Positions 49,913-63,431 of a stretch of 64,000 nt of DNA are shown piece after piece. This stretch comes from Nemertoderma westbladi (lineage: Eukaryota > Animalia > Xenacoelomorpha). The stretch spans positions 62,001 to 126,000 of the forward strand of contig JAUCBJ010001582.1 of NCBI GenBank assembly GCA_032718475.1, written 5' to 3'. The translations under genes and the position numbers were made by a program. The first letter of the stretch is position 1; the number at the start of each line of letters is the position of its first letter. The notes below the pieces were generated by a model. It saw nothing but the letters and a program-made list of their open reading frames with translations, was not told where the DNA came from and did no database searches.

Positions 49913-51457
49913 AGGGGCGTCAGCGATAAGATTTTGCGATCCTGTACTGATATCAACCGGTTGAGGTTGTATCGTCGCGAAGAGCTTGTCTCATGTGGAA
50001 TCATAGAGGGATGACGAATGGTTTTAGAGTAGAGATCCGTCATGAGGATTTGAGCTTCAGGCTGAGCTAAAGCGGCTTCTTCTCTCTCTTCCAGTTTCGT
50101 ATGTTTCTCCTCGAGTAGAATTTCTTCCGCTTGTCTCTGTAAGCGTTCATCTAAGAATTCTTGGAGAGAATACGTGCGTCCAAGCTCGATGTCTTCCTCG
50201 AGGTTTCGGATTTCTCTATCGAACTGGGGTAAGGCTAACTCCTTCACCGCTTGGACTTGTTGTTGTAATTTACGTTTCTCTAAACAATCTTGTGTTCCCT
50301 TTCCGATTTTCTGTCGAATGGCATCTAAAGCGTTTCTTATAACGCTCTCCTCGACTTCCGTGGCGGGTTGTATCGGGTTTAATCCTGGACGATTGTAAGG
50401 ATCAAAGGGCGATATTAACTGCCCGCGTCCCAATCCGGCTAAGTAGGATGGGCGGATGTCTAACGAACCTACTACCGGAGCACCACCGATTAGTTGTTCG
50501 GGTAACACTAAGTCTTTGAACAGGGAATATAGTTCGGGAGGATCAGTGATACTGTTAGGATCAAGAGTTTGAGGTCTCACTAGGGAATGAGGAGGCCTGA
50601 CCGAGTATTCCAGAACTCTGATCATGGGTTTATTCAGTGATCGTTTAAGACGAGCGATCGTGGGCGGTACGTCGAACAGGTTTCGCTCAAAACTCCCGTA
50701 AGTGTGACGCGTAAAAACTATGTTTGGCGCAACGTCTCCGTGGATGTTTATGTCTTTCAATTTGTTGGTTGGGTCTAGGGCATTCGTCGCAATAATACCA
50801 AAGACGCACATCCTGTAGAGGAAACGCGGGTGATCGTTCTCCAGTTTTGCAGTATTCTTCCATTTGTTCAAAACTGTCTGGGATAACAGGTAGCGGACGA
50901 TCGGCGGTAAGATACATCATAGTGAAATAGAGCCGTTTGAGTTCTACCATAGGGTCGTGATGTATACCTTGAGGATATCGAGTCTCTAAGTTCTGCTGAC
51001 TAGCGACGTTGAGATAGATTTCTCTCAAAAACTCTAAGTATTCGTTGAAGTCGATGCGTTTATCCGGTTCTTCAACGTTTTCTCTTTCCAGTCTATTACG
51101 AATAGAATTTTCGTGATCTATTCTCGGTTTATCGTTACGACTCCGCTGGGTATGATATTTAAATAGAACCATTTCTCTTTCTGTATCTATATCGTCCGTA
51201 TCATGTAAATCGATAGGATGGCCGGTCGTTAGGAAGTCCATATACGTACCATTACGATTCGTATAGCGAGTGGTGAATTTTCGATAGTCCAATTCACGCG
51301 CAAGTTGCTCTTGGGACATCGGCGGTTCGATATAACGACCATCGTACTCCGTAATGGTTGGATCGGCTTCACCGCGTATTAAGCTATCCACAAATGCTTG
51401 CAAAGGTAGAGTATATCGCTCCCTAATACCGAGATCATCTTCTATTAACTCCGTCAT
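49723..51457 (-). pseudogene. Element 2 accessory ORF, N-terminal part (Cys/His domain plus coiled coil), in two overlapping frames
   Basis: DPMVELKRLYFTMMYL..P.P..DSF..M..Y..YYCDEC..RCAKH aligns with element 1 ORF 27707-28327; 51457 and 49912 are in the same frame and the middle piece is shifted. Confidence 0.7.
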
Positions 51458-53087
51458 ATCTGCTATCTGAGTTTATCAATATCAAATAAGTTTGTATTTA
51501 GGCAAGCGGGCGTCGCTGCCTACTTTCTTTGCCCCCGGACAGTGGGATTCTCAGCGCCGATGTACCGTCGTCGCGGTGTTTACGCCAACATGTAGCAACA
51601 GCACGACGACGATAACCGGCACAAGTCACACCACTGTCCGTCCCAAAGGCTTGGATCCACTTAGGTTCTTTCTATAGGAAAGTTGGATTATTTTTACAAT
51701 TGCGACTAGCTACTGTAAACATACTTTAGTAGTAACATTCACCTACAAACGCACAAATTCAACACAACTGCAACAAACCGCACACATTCGGGCCATTTGT
51801 CCGTTAGTCAGTACCTTCCAGAATGTCACTGTATTTATTATGTATCCTTGGATACTATCGGTGCGCTATTTATTCCCTATGTTATTCAATGGGGTATGTC
51901 TTCTATTGTTCTTTTAACTCAATTCTAATTCTAGCGTGGGTGTTGCTATGGTGACATTATGGAAAGCTAGCGGTAGAATTAGGGTAATTCTCATGCATAC
52001 AGATCTGGGATGCTATTTAATAGTAATTCTTTAATTGTCAATATCCTCTTTATGCATGATTTTATTAATTTTATCGGCTATTGACTATATGTGGGAGATT
52101 CTCGCACTCTAGTACACTCAATAGGATGAATCTCCGCTCCCATGATCTATTAATTAATGGAATTTTGGGAATGTTATAAATTGCACAAAACGACAATTTA
52201 TGAAATTCATTTAAAATATGAATTTAAATTTATTCCCATGAATTTTATTATTTGATGTTAAAATTGACACAATTTGATTCCAGAGAAGGTCTGGGGACAT
52301 AAGATCCTTAATTCTATGAGATTGTCTTTTAAGAGTATCGGTAAGTGCTACGATATCTTAATAGACTAGAATTGTTAACGGATCTGAATTTTACAGATTT
52401 TAATAAATATTAAATTAATATTTAAGAATTTAAGATGGGCACCGATTTATTCCAGAACTTGTCTGGGGACGTTAACCACTGATTCTAGAATTTGTCTTTC
52501 AAGTATATCGGTGGGTGCCGCGATATCTTAATCGACTAGAATTACAGATGGTCAAAGTTTAACAGATTTATTTGCGTTTTACGCTACTGTTATATGGACA
52601 TCACGCTACTATATGTATTATTTAATATAAGGTAGAAGAGCAATATCGCACGAAGCAATGTCAGTGTGAAGAGGCAAGTCGTTTCCAAGGTCTACCCAGA
52701 GCTTGGTTTAGCCGAGACACGAGGATCTGAACTTTGCATTCCTAATACTCTGCCTACCAATAATACTTGAATATAGTAGTGGCTTTATTGTACTTTAAGA
52801 AGTACGGACATTTCATCTTACTGTAGTCACGTATTTATAATATGATACGGACAGTAAGGGAAGAGAAAAATAATTATTTCTCGCCGTCGCACTAAATATA
52901 TATTATAAGTAATTACGTACGTAATAAACACTAATATATTGCACTAATCTACTAAATAATCCCTAAAATAACATTCTACTAAATAAAAATTGAATAAAAA
53001 CGATTATAATAAAGTACATAATAAAGTTCGCATATAAAATGTAATAAAATGGATAAATAACATAGTCATACACCCACTCCAGACGTG

Positions 53088-56000
53088 TCACATTTGGGAG
53101 TCCCTAGATGTTTGAGGAATTAGGGAGGTGGTCGTGGGAAGAGTGTCTTGTCTTCCATAGTTTCCAGAGAGTTCTCTGTCTCTTTCCAGTAAACATAAAC
53201 GACCAACTGGGCGGTTGAGTTGTTGCGTCTCAAAGATTATGCCGGGCTTCTTGAAGTTACGCCGCATAACGATGAGTTCTACTGAACGCACTAAACCATC
53301 CTCCGAGATATGGGTCTCGATGATACGACCTGTCTGCCACCGTTTACGTGGGAGGTCTGGATCTACAATAAGTACCATATCTCCGGCGCTGACGTTTTCT
53401 TGCTGCGCAAACCACTTAGTTCGAAGTTGTAGTGTGGGCAGGTAATGTTTCTCGAAATGGTCAGCGAAACGACGGGATAGCAACTGCATAAGTTGCCAAG
53501 TTCGACGGCAGTATTCGTCTCCGTCGGCAATCTCCGATCGTGGGAGCATGGCTACCGGTTTCTTCAGTAGGAAGTGCGCAGGTGTTAGCGCTTCCAGGGA
53601 ATCGGGACTCGATGAGACTGGCATAAGCGGTCTCTCGTTGAGATAGACAGCTATTTCCTCCATTAACGTCCGCAAAAGTTCGTCGGTGAGATACGCACGG
53701 CATGGCACTATAAAGTGAAATGCGGTCTTAACACTTCTAATTAATCTCTCCCAACTTCCTCCCCACCAAGGGGCGTCGGCGGCGTTGAAGGTCCAGCTAG
53801 ACGCTGTTATCTTTAGCTGGTCATCCACCTGTCTTTGGTTCCAGTCCTTTACGTAAGCCTGTATTTCGTTGTTGGCACCAATGAAGTTCGTTCCCTTGTC
53901 CGATCTCATGGTATTACTCGTACCGAAGCGAGCGATCTGTCGTCGTAAACTTAAGACGAAACTGTTGGTAGATAGATCGTTCACCATATCGAGATGGATG
54001 GCTCTGCAAGTCATGCACACGAAGATGACACACCATCTCTTGACTATAGTCCTCGCACGATATACTTCAATAGGGCCAAATAAATCTACACCAGTATTAG
54101 TAAAAGGTGGTTCATAGAAGCTTACTCGTTCCCTAGGTAATTCTGCCTCTCGCTGTGTTAAAGGCCTACTGAATGCTTTCCTACAGGGTATGCAGTTCCT
54201 AAGAACTTGGTTCAGAGCTCTACGGGGTTTATCAAAATAATAGCGAGTTCGAATTTCGCTAAGAACTCGTTCTCTTCCAGCATGATAAAGCTTACTGTGA
54301 ACATCTACAATCATCTTGATTTGTACTTCAAGATTTCTAATGAGTATGGGGAATTTAGTGTCAAAGGATAAGGGTGCATTGGTGAGCCTTCCTCCAACAC
54401 GTATTAACCCATCTATCATTGTGCTAGAGAATCGATCCCTTAAGCGCATCTGCGGATTTCTCAACAACAGGAAATACTTTTCGGAATCCTCATAGCATTG
54501 CAGGAGTCTCAGTATCTGTTTATTGGTCTCTTCATGCTCCTGGTGACTAATTTTCTCCTTTAGAAAACTGTCAGATACCTTATATTTAGGTAAGTTTTTA
54601 ATAACATGAACTTGTGCAGATGTCAATGGAGCGTTATCACTAGTGGTCTTCGCCCTGGAGTATTGATGATGAAAGCATCTCTTTAAATATGTGACGGCTT
54701 TACAGAGCCCATTCCAGGAACTGTAGTGATGCATCGCTCTCTGCAGCAGGGGTGAGATTCCTTGCGAGACGTCTGGTATTCCAGATTTCCAATCTCTATC
54801 TCGAATTTCCGCAACAGACTTATTTATAGCGAGGGATTGTGGATCCAAGTCATCGTTTCCGGAAACATGTAATACAGATAGATCGATAGTCGGTTTAAAT
54901 AACTTCGATTTACTCGCCCGGGTTTTAGGTTTGACGGTCTCCGCTCCCTTGGCTTGTCTAATTTCCGCCGTAGTAAGGTGAGGAGGCCATTCGTCCTCTT
55001 CCTTGCTCAGGAAGTCGGGTCCACCCAACCAATCTGGAGTATCTATCAGTTCTTATGGAGTTGCTCCCCTGGAGGCGATATCGGCTGGATTAATCGTACC
55101 AGGGCAATGTCTCCATTGATCTATCTTTGTGCGACTAAGAATAATAGCTACCCTGTTAGTAACAAAAACGCTGAACTGACAGACTTCATTGGTTAGATAT
55201 TCCAACACGAGTAAAGCGTCGGTCCAATAAACCGTTTTCTCCAGTGGGTAATCGATTTGTTCCGTTACGTTCCGGCCGATGGCTGTAGCGTATAAAGCCG
55301 CTTTTAACTCCGCTCGAGGAACCTTTAACTTGTTGTTAATCAGTGCCTTAGAGGTAACCAAGGCGACTTTGATCCCATCCGGAGTTTCGACTCGCAGATA
55401 TGCTACTATACCTATTCCCATGTCGCTGGCGTCTCCAAACACATGGAGTTGATAGGAATACGTCGGAAGAACATGTCCAAAATATGCACGGGAAATTATA
55501 AAGTTCTCGATGGCAGGTAGAGAATCTTCCCATTTCATCCATTTCTTCAACAGTTCTCCCTTAAGCGGATCATCCCATGAGTGGTTTTCAAGCCACATCT
55601 GTTGTACTAAACTCCGAGCAATCAATATAACTGGGCTAATAAATCCCAATGGGTCGAAATAAGTGCTCAGGATACTTAAACAAATCCGTTTGGTCCTGAC
55701 TGGATTATCTCGCTGTTTTAACTGAAAAAACAGGATGTCTCTTTCAGTGTCCCACTTCAAGCCTAGCGTCTTGGTTTCAGGAAGATCGTCCTTTATTAAG
55801 TCTAGGTCTTTCGCTCCGCGATCCTCTACCGGTATGGCTTCCAGAAACTCACGGGAGTTACTAGTGAATTTCGTCAGTCGAAATCCACCTCTTTTCAAAC
55901 ACTCTACCGTTCCTTTCGCGACAGCTATGGCTTCTTCTACTGATGGAAGGGACCTTAAATTGTCGTCCATGTATATATTGCGTTTTATGTTGTCTATCAC

Positions 56001-57377
56001 TTCTTTGGAGAAGGAGTCTCGGTTGTCATTCGCAGTGGTTCGCACCACGGAGCAGGCGTTGGAAGGGCTAGATATGATCCCAAAAGCCTGGATGGTCATC
56101 CAGTACTCCACCGGTTTCTGGTTGAGGTCTCCTTCAGGCCACCACAGAAATCTCAGGCTGTCTCTATCTCTCTCCAGCGCCTTGACTTGTAAGAACATTC
56201 CTTCGATATCGGAAGCGAACGCGATGGAATATTGTCTTAATCTTAAAAGTATTCCCAATAAAGATTGGAGTAAATTGGGTCCTGGTAACAACTCGGAATT
56301 AAGGGATTGGCCCATATATAGAGCAGAGCCATCGAATACGACTCGTACTTCATGGGGCTTACCGGGTTTGGGAACGTAATGATGTGTTAAGTAATACGTT
56401 CTCTCAGTCACTGGTGTTCCTTCCGGTACTCGCTCCGCGTATCCCTTTGTTATAAATTTCTTCAGCTGAGTTTGGTACATTTCTTTCGCTGAAGCATTAT
56501 CTGTAAGGCGTCGATGTAATTGAGCGATTCTTTTCTCGGCCAAGGGTCTGTTATTTATAAATCTAGGTTCTTGTTTTCGAAATGGCAGGCAGATTTCATA
56601 CCTACCTTGGTCTTTTAAAAAACGTGTAGTTGTTTCCTGGATTTGCTTGGCTCTTTCTTCTTCTATCGATAGAGCCTTATCATACGAATTGGGCTCTACA
56701 AGTTCCTGAGTAAAGAATCGTACGGCTAGTTCGTCCCGAGTTCTAGCGTTGCAGCGCTCTATCTCATCGTTGAGTTCATCATTGTAAGTGATGGGTTCCG
56801 ATGGGTGAATCAGTTGACATAGGTTCACCTGATCTTTCCAAGTTTGGTTTTCTGTAAGTAAGTCTATGGTGTTCTCCTCATCGAAGAGTTGATAAGTGTA
56901 ATCGTTATCTGAGGAGTATGGTGTTCCCTCAGTTAGTTCGTCCACCTCACTGCTCTCCTCGCTCCAATCGCTCACATGATCTACTCGTTCTTGTGGCATT
57001 CTCTCTTCGAGAGTCCTGCGGGAAGGGCCAGTAAAGTACCAACCTACTCTAGTTCTTACCGCATAGGTTTGCAGTGGCTGCGGTTGAGCAGGTCGTTTCT
57101 CTAATGTTTCAAGCGCCTCATGCGCGTTTTGGCCGATAAGGATTTGCACTCCAGGATAATCTGTCTGGAACCGAGGTATCTTAAGATGTTGGATGCTCTC
57201 ATCTTCGTCCCAATTATAAAGGTCTGCTTGAGTAGTAGCGAAGTTCTTTATAGCCACCATTTTTACCGACCTTATACCTTGTGTTCCTAACTTATCCTGG
57301 GGAGTGGACAACACACCTACGTAGTAATCTGCCGTTAGGGTAGATTTCCAAACCTGCATAATTCCTGACATATTCAA
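53088..57377 (-). pseudogene. Element 2 pol: protease C-half, RT, RNase H, integrase (break at about 55050)
   Basis: YYLTHH, RVVFDGS, DIEGMFLQV, IYMDD, FDPLG, HVFGDAS, PRAELKA, NPADIASRG, GLIRVGGRL, GVDLFGP, SDKGTNF, WWGGSWER. Confidence 0.93.
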
Positions 57378-57425
57378 TTTTGTCCGGAATTTGGGTTGTC
57401 CAGCAAAGATGTCTTCGGCTAATTC

Positions 57426-60400
57426 TTAATCTATGAATGTTCCTGTGCTGCTGGAATCAAGGAGTGCGTTCACTATGTAACTGTGGTGAGTACCATGAAT
57501 TCTTACTTGCACTACAGGAAATTCTCTGATTCCTACGTTGGAAGTTGGCGTTTTCCAAGATGGTTGTTTGGCAAAAGTAGTTAGGGGAAACTCATTGTTG
57601 GTGTCCTTTTCATAAGTAAGTGCTCGATACACGGAGGTATTGATTAGATAACAGGATTCGTTGGCGTCGGAGAATTCGTCAGTATAGAATCCTTCCATCT
57701 CAGACTCCTGATCAGTGTCGTTTACATCACTGAATTGGACATGTAGTTCGGACTCACTTACCTGACTCTGCTTGTCTCGTTCGAACTCACTATGTAACAA
57801 GATGTGATGTTTCGCACCACACTTTTCACACTTTATGTCGGAGTAACAGGTTCGCCGTTGGTGTCCTGGTCTGAGGCAATTATAGCATAACCGCTTGTCC
57901 CACACAACTGTACGTCTGTCTACAAGGGATTTCTTTAGAAATTCCGCACACGCACTCAAACGGTGGGTCCCGTCGCACAGCGCACAGTTAGGTTTTATGT
58001 TACTTACTTTACCTTGGGTAATCTGATGCACTCTCGTTCTTTCTTCGGGCTTTCTTCCGCGCATTCTGCTAGGAGACTGAGGAGGGGTCTTAGCAACCTG
58101 TTCTCTCCTATTGTTGGTTTGAGCCTTGTATTTACTTACGTCCTTGGAGGTTTTGTCAACATAGTAAGATCGTTCGGTGTCTTTCCCGCTGTCTTCTTCT
58201 TGAGAAGCTTGGCTTTCGCCGTCGTCAGTGTAACACACCGGTGTTACTCTTCTCCTAGAAGCGGGTTTCTCACTTACCTTATTTTCCGATGTTTTCTCTC
58301 TGGACTGCTTGATGAGTTGTAGTTTTACCTCACCATCTAAGAAGGACATGAGATCAGCCATGGTAGGACTTCGTCATTGTTGTTCATTCATGTACAACAC
58401 TTTCTTGTCCCAGCGTGTACATACTCCACCCTTTGGTAAAGTAGAGACTACTGCTCCAATAACCATGGAACTCTGATATTCATGAGACTTACCTAACCAG
58501 TCCAGTTGTCTACAGATTTCCTGAATTTCATCCGAAAACTCTATAATCCCGCTACTAAGGAAGTGTCGAGGGGCTACTAATTTCGCATACAAATACTTAG
58601 CTATGTTGTCCTTGTTACCATACCTGATGTTTAATGTATCCCAAACTTGTCTTAATCCTTCTGGATGTCCAATAAACTTTAACGCCATTAACTTGGGAGG
58701 TCCTTCCAAGCACTTGATGAGGAACCTAAGTTTCTCTCCGTTAGATAGCACAGAGTTCTGTATGCTGTCTTTGTAATATTCGTTGAAAGGTAACCATTTC
58801 ATTTCGTCTCCATTGAATTTGACGATCTCTCCCACTTTGACCGCTTGGCGGGCTTCTGTTCTAGCCATCTGCCGCGTAAAGCTTTCTTGGGCCATCGTGT
58901 TATTTAATATAGAATTATCGGCATATAAATTTCTTGGATCATTATCAGGTCTATAGGGAATATCATTAATAACAGGTCTATAATCACCCTTAATAGGGTT
59001 TGTTATAGGAGTTTCAACTTCACTAGCAGTATAGATGCGTGTAGGCTCCACACCTTGCGCATGTAATACTTCAGACCTAACAGGTTGACACAATGTTACA
59101 GGGGGTATTGGTATGCCCTTTTGTATATTGACTAATTTATCGCGTTCTAGTGCGATACTTTGCTGCACTTCTTGTAATTCTGCCCTACTTTCCCTTACTG
59201 TTCCCTTAAGCTGGTGGACAGTCTCCTGCATCTGTCTGAGCAGGAGGTTCATCCCCCGCCGTCCCTCCTCTACCCACTCAACCGCCGAAGCGGGAGTCGC
59301 CAACATTGTAGCGGGTTGATGCGGGACGACGGGAGACAAATCTTTGCTTCCTCTCCCAATGCTCAGGACAGGGGTATTTGCATGGACTGTTCCACCGGGT
59401 ACAGGCAGTGTGGTACTATGTAAAGGGAATTTAGAGTTAAGCTCTGGAAGTGCAGGGGTCTCTAGCACAGAAGTGACTTTGGGAACGACAGGCCTAATTA
59501 TTTCAGGTTCATCGACTATAGTAGGGAGTCTTTTGACCTGGATAAATTGTTCTATGGGTTCTGCACTACCTAAGTCTGTGCTAGTTAGTTGTCTTTTAAC
59601 AGCTGGGGGCAAATCAGGCAATTTGTGACGGTAAGATGTTTTTCTACGCCTGCTTAGACGAGATCTATTTCCTCCGCCTTCAGGATCGGTGGTTTCGCTT
59701 TCCTCCGATGAAGTATAGCCCTAGCGTTTGGGAGTAGATTTTCTCATCATTTGCATGTGACTAGCAGTTAACTGTTTATTTATGTTGTCTTGCGTCTCTT
59801 GCAGCCTCTCCAACTCCAGTTGGGTAGTCTGCTCAGACGCTCTCCGTTCTGCTTCCGCTACTGCCTTTTCCGCCCTTGCTTCTGTTTCTGCCATGGCCGC
59901 CTTTGCTTCTGCCGCCGCCGCCTTTCTTTGTATTTCTGCTTCTGCCATGGCTGCCTTTCTTTGTATTTCTGCTTCTGCCCTTGCCGCTGCCTCCTTTCTT
60001 TCTGCTTCGGCTTCTGCGATTGCCGCTGCCCTTTGGTCCTCTATCCTCCTTTTCTTTACTCGTTCTTCTTGAACTCTAGTGAGGCGGAGTTTTTCATCAA
60101 ATTCAGCTTGATTAGCCGCCAACATTTCAGCGTCGATTGAGTCTAACACCCGCTGGGTTCCTTCCCTATTAGGGGAAAGTCCAGACAGTCGTCTCCTCAA
60201 CTCTTCGTCTCCTAGGAATCGCTGATAGTCGGATAGGTAAATGTCGATGGCGTCTCTCGTTCGTGGTCTTTCTGCAGTCTCTTCGCTTTCCACTTTAGAA
60301 AGGGTGGCATCGGTTGGTTTTTCATAAGTTAGTCTCTCAGACAGCTGGGATTTCCACTGGTCCGTTTCTTGCACTTTGCGACCTACCCTCTGGAACCAAG

Positions 60401-61224
60401 TCTTAACAGAAACCTGCAGCGACGTGTCCTGTCTTCTTTTGGAAGTTTCCTCAAAGGCTGACAGAATTAGTCTAATGCGTAGGGTTCTTTCGCGCACTTG
60501 ATATAGCAGCTCTTCCTGCAGAACAACTGTTTCGACAACCCCAAGGACCTCAACCTTGGGGTTGTCGAAACAGTTGTTCTTCTAATCGCTCTAATGAGCC
60601 GAAGAACCCTTGCACATATCCTGCTGCCGACCTCTTCCAAACAGCTGGATCCATTGTATCTTTAGTCACTCCCATCCGATGTATATCTTCCCAAGTAGCT
60701 TCGGACAGATCTAACGGGAGTCCAGGTCCGGGAAAGTTCCATTGTGACTCGACAATAGACATCAATTCTTCCCTGGCGTATCCCGCATAATTATCTTGGG
60801 TCGCTTTCTTATTCCTCGCCCAATCTGCTTGATGTTCCACCGCAATCAGTATAGTGGTTAGCACTGCGGCAGGAAGGGTGAGAAGAGGGTCCGAGTAGGC
60901 TGTAGCCGCCATCTGCAATCCGCGTTCGGGGGTCAGCTCGACAGTATCCGAACTACTGGAGCTATCGGATCGCTGGGAACTAGGTTCTTGACCAAGATGT
61001 TGCTGCGATAGGACAGCTGCCTCTTGGTTCCGTTTGACCTGGGCCCGAGTACCTATGATGGACCTATGGTGGATTAGCCTAGGGTCTGATACTACTGGAG
61101 GGATGACCTTTCTTGCAGTAGGAGGTGAACTGAACTCCTTTCTTAATCGCTCTACACTCCTATCTGTGTCACAGATGGTTGTATCGATTAGACTGTCTGA
61201 CAGGTTTTGCTGAGTGTCAGACAT
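57426..61224 (-). pseudogene. Element 2 gag plus protease N-half, broken into four ORFs
   Basis: Ala/Glu coiled-coil repeats; KFNGDEMKWLPF..EKLRFL..RYGN capsid-like segment; three BEL-type knuckles CALC..H, CYNC..GH..C, CEKC..HHILLH; ALLDSSSTGTFI. Confidence 0.88.
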
Positions 61225-62544
61225 GTTTAGCTATACAGTTGAATGCTTACTGCTATAGTTACAGTTAAAGCAAGTCCAGTAATTCAGTATGACCGTTGGC
61301 CTAGTACCGGTAATTTATTGCAGTATATTAGAATACCGGTATACACTTATAGTATATATAAGTATTGTAAACTAGGTTTGTCACAGAGTACCGGTATATA
61401 AATTTAGCACAAATATATATAAATATATAATAGGCTTATCGTGAATACCGGTATACAGCTTACACTTATAGTATATATAAGTATAATTATGAACTAGAAT
61501 TAATTACAGAGTACCGGTATGATTTCAGCTCAAATTTATAGGAATAAATATAATAAGCCTATGGTAAATACCGGTATGTCAATTATTTTAGAATAATCGA
61601 ACCTCTGAATATTTAGGTTACTTGGTTACTCTAACTTACTTTGTTACCGTTATTTAAGCAGTAGTCCAACTGATTTTGAGACCTAGTTGTTGTATGGCAG
61701 GCCTACTACTTATAAATCGTTTGAGTTGATTTATAATATATATATATACCCGTTTAAAAGGGTTATGTCAATATTTGAAATAAATGTTATTATTTCTGGG
61801 GGGTCACTACACAGAAGCTGTGCGCTCTCAGTGAAGTGCTATTTATGGGACACTAAAACTGATAATTCTAATTTACCTAAGTTACTTAATACTACAAATT
61901 ACTTACGATACGGGTGAGATTAAATCTCTAGTTAAACACAACAAAAATATTACGTACGAATTTTTAGGGTAATTTTACAGGAAGTCTACAAACCAGCCTA
62001 ACAAAGGGTTAGAATTCTGGACAGGGTACTACGGTATTTGAAAATAATAAGTAGTAGTAAATATACTGTACTGTCCAGATAGGAAAATACCACCGCCTGA
62101 CGACCTATAACCGTATCGCTATAGGTACTACGTTATGTATCACGGATTGTTCCTACCCAGAAGTTAATAGAGCTAACGAATGTGCCTATCAACCACTTTA
62201 CAACACAAATATACTGCCTACACACTAATTACTTCGGAAAGCACTGTACACTAAACCCTAAATTAGGTACAAGTACTGGTATAACAAATAATCAGCAGTT
62301 AAATATACTTGAACAGTTAAAAGAACCACGGCATCTGCTGGAGTGACCGAAGCACAAAGTCACCAGTCTTGTCCTACGCCAAGCAGCCCGTGTAGTACCG
62401 AGGTTAATTTAACTATAACGGTATGTGTAACAAACACAATTACTGTAGGAATAAACTTGGGGACATGAATGTTGCGAATAATCGCATAAACTCTGAATAA
62501 TAAATATTACGCTACCCGTACAGAATACTCAAACAAAATACAAA

Positions 62545-63075
62545 CCAAACGCTGGCAGACTACCACCAAGCCTAAATAAACTACTGTATGTGCAGATTCC
62601 AAAACGGTTAGTTAGTATGCGTTCTAACACGGTAGTACGACTTATTCTTTAAGAGGGGATTGACCTTACAGTTATGACTGCCCCAACTTACTAACTGGCA
62701 CTTTATCAGACAAACTCTACACAAGCAGCAATCTCTTTAGACCTAATAATAGCTAGACAACAATCCAGCCTACAAAATATCTGAGTAATAACTATTACGG
62801 TACCTGAACAGACCACACAAACAAACACAAGCCAAAACGCTGGCAGAATACTGTCAAGCCTAAATAAACTACAGTATGTGCAGATTCCAAAATTGTTAGT
62901 TAGTATGCGTTCTAACACGGTAGTACGACTTATTCTTTAAGAGGGGGTTGACCTTACACTCAAGTTGCCCCAACTTACTAACTGGCACTCTATCGGACAA
63001 ACTCCACACACGCCGTAATCTCTCCAAACCCAACAACAATCCGACAACAGTCTGGCCTACAGTTATCTGAACAAT
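62545..63075. repeat. Tandem duplication in the element 2 leader, period about 288 bp
   Basis: AAACGCTGGCAGA...TTAGTTAGTATGCGTTCTAACACGGTAGTACGACTTATTCTTTAAGAGGGG occurs twice. Confidence 0.9.
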
Positions 63076-63242
63076 CTGAGCAGACTTACACGTCTTCAGC
63101 TCAATATTTACTTACTAGGAAATAAAACCGACAGAAATAAGTAAAATCTCAGTAAAAACCAGGGTGGCCGTTCCCTGATTAAATACTAAGACCTACCGGT
63201 ATACTATAATCAAATCGAATAATACTAATGTACTTATACTGG

Positions 63243-63370
63243 AAGTACCGGTTAGGACAGTTGGGCCTACGGACCTACAGAAGTGCCGGTTCTGGCAGTT
63301 GGACCTACGGACCTACAGCAGTACCGGTTCTGGCAGTTGGGCCTACTGACCTACAGAAGTACCGGTTCAG
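63243..63370. repeat. 37-38-bp tandem repeat, about 3.3 copies
   Basis: AGTACCGGTTCTGGCAGTTGGRCCTACGGACCTACAG. Confidence 0.85.
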
Positions 63371-63431
63371 GTTTACCGGTCGATCGGTACTTTCAACTTT
63401 ATTGCTTACTGCAATAAAGTCAATGACTGTT

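Larger units (their letters stand above)
47040..63431 (-). mobile_element. BEL/Pao LTR retrotransposon 2 with 3' accessory ORF (degenerate; ends uncertain)
   Basis: Gag-PR-RT-RH-IN order with BEL/Pao motifs; long leader and intergenic region. Confidence 0.92.

Noticed and set aside
47207-51457. Accessory ORF as envelope glycoprotein
   Set aside because: No signal peptide or transmembrane segment visible; nuclease-like motifs and basic tails instead
62600-62700. Self-cleaving ribozyme in the duplicated leader block
   Set aside because: No hammerhead, HDV or twister core could be matched by eye
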